A stretch of DNA of 64,000 nt, from positions 2,780 to 66,779 of the IMG/VR virus record IMGVR_UViG_3300050119_000091. One strand, given 5' to 3'. The notes beneath the pieces are model-generated. The model ran no database searches, was not told the origin of the DNA, and saw only the letters and a list, made by a program, of their open reading frames with translations. This document shows, in pieces, positions 63,607-64,000 of the stretch; position 1 is the first letter of the stretch, and each line of letters starts with the position of its first letter. The DNA comes from a virus. Made by a program: the position numbers and the translations under genes.

Positions 63607-63747
63607 GGTATATTCTCCAGGTAATGACGTTTGAAAGAGCCTGAATAACTCGCTCGATCTGTTTCTATTATGACTTACTACTGGCAGTTTGTCAATAGCT
63701 AACGCAATAATTATTTCGCGCGGGCGATTCTGCAATGGTCCCGAGCT
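63604..63747 (-). promoter_or_regulatory. 144-bp promoter+RBS cassette, copy 2
   Basis: TTGACA(63690-95)-N17-CATAAT(63667-72). Confidence 0.85.
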
Positions 63748-63859
63748 CGCGCTCGGGCCATCTAAGCGTGGTCCACCAGATTGCACACATGGCTCCAGAG
63801 GCAGCTTGATTCATCCTCATCAGGCTCACGCCCGTAAACCGACTCGAACATATCGGTCA

Positions 63860-64000
63860 TTACTTGCGGGTCAGTTCCACTAAACTATGGTACCGATACC
63901 ACATGAAAATGGAAGCGGTTCCATACAGCGTAACGAAGTGAAGCGCGGCGACTGACCAACCTGAAAACCAATCAGGAACGCGCCAGCCATCCGGCCACCA
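63860..64000 (-). CDS. 3' end of a possible membrane protein entering from beyond the window
   Basis: WWPDGWRVPDWFSGWSVAALHFVTLYGTASIFMWYRYHSLVELTRK-stop; the stop lies inside the 127-bp repeat. Confidence 0.35.
   Translation of the reverse strand, partial: WWPDGWRVPDWFSGWSVAALHFVTLYGTASIFMWYRYHSLVELTRK

Overview
The whole window is dsDNA tailed-phage DNA (phage or prophage; no integrase or clear host gene seen), probably most of a podovirus-like genome. From 1 to 16.9 kb (minus strand) lie replication and DNA-metabolism genes: initiator with iterons, DnaB, exonuclease, RusA-like resolvase, SNF2-like helicase, two methyltransferases, MazG-like, ATP-grasp and DUF1643 proteins, plus a tailspike-like gene running off the left edge. 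At 17.8-19.7 kb (minus) is a terminase split into an ATPase ORF and an apparently degenerate nuclease ORF. From 20 to 54 kb (plus) are portal, scaffold, capsid, two paralogous adaptors, nozzle, fiber and ejection proteins, a block of virion-type proteins with Sec signal peptides, a lipase, a holin and a lysozyme. From 54 to 64 kb (minus) are small early genes, including ParB-like and ice-nucleation-protein-like genes, joined by repeated promoter/RBS cassettes. Highlights: an endonuclease VII gene hidden out of frame inside the still-open helicase ORF with its own leaderless promoter; six signal-peptide-bearing fiber/spike-like genes; the split terminase; a candidate ~450-nt structured ncRNA; repeat-bounded mini-gene cassettes; and an inserted island flanked by a recoded duplication of the nozzle gene start. 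All protein calls come from motif recognition by eye, with no database searches.
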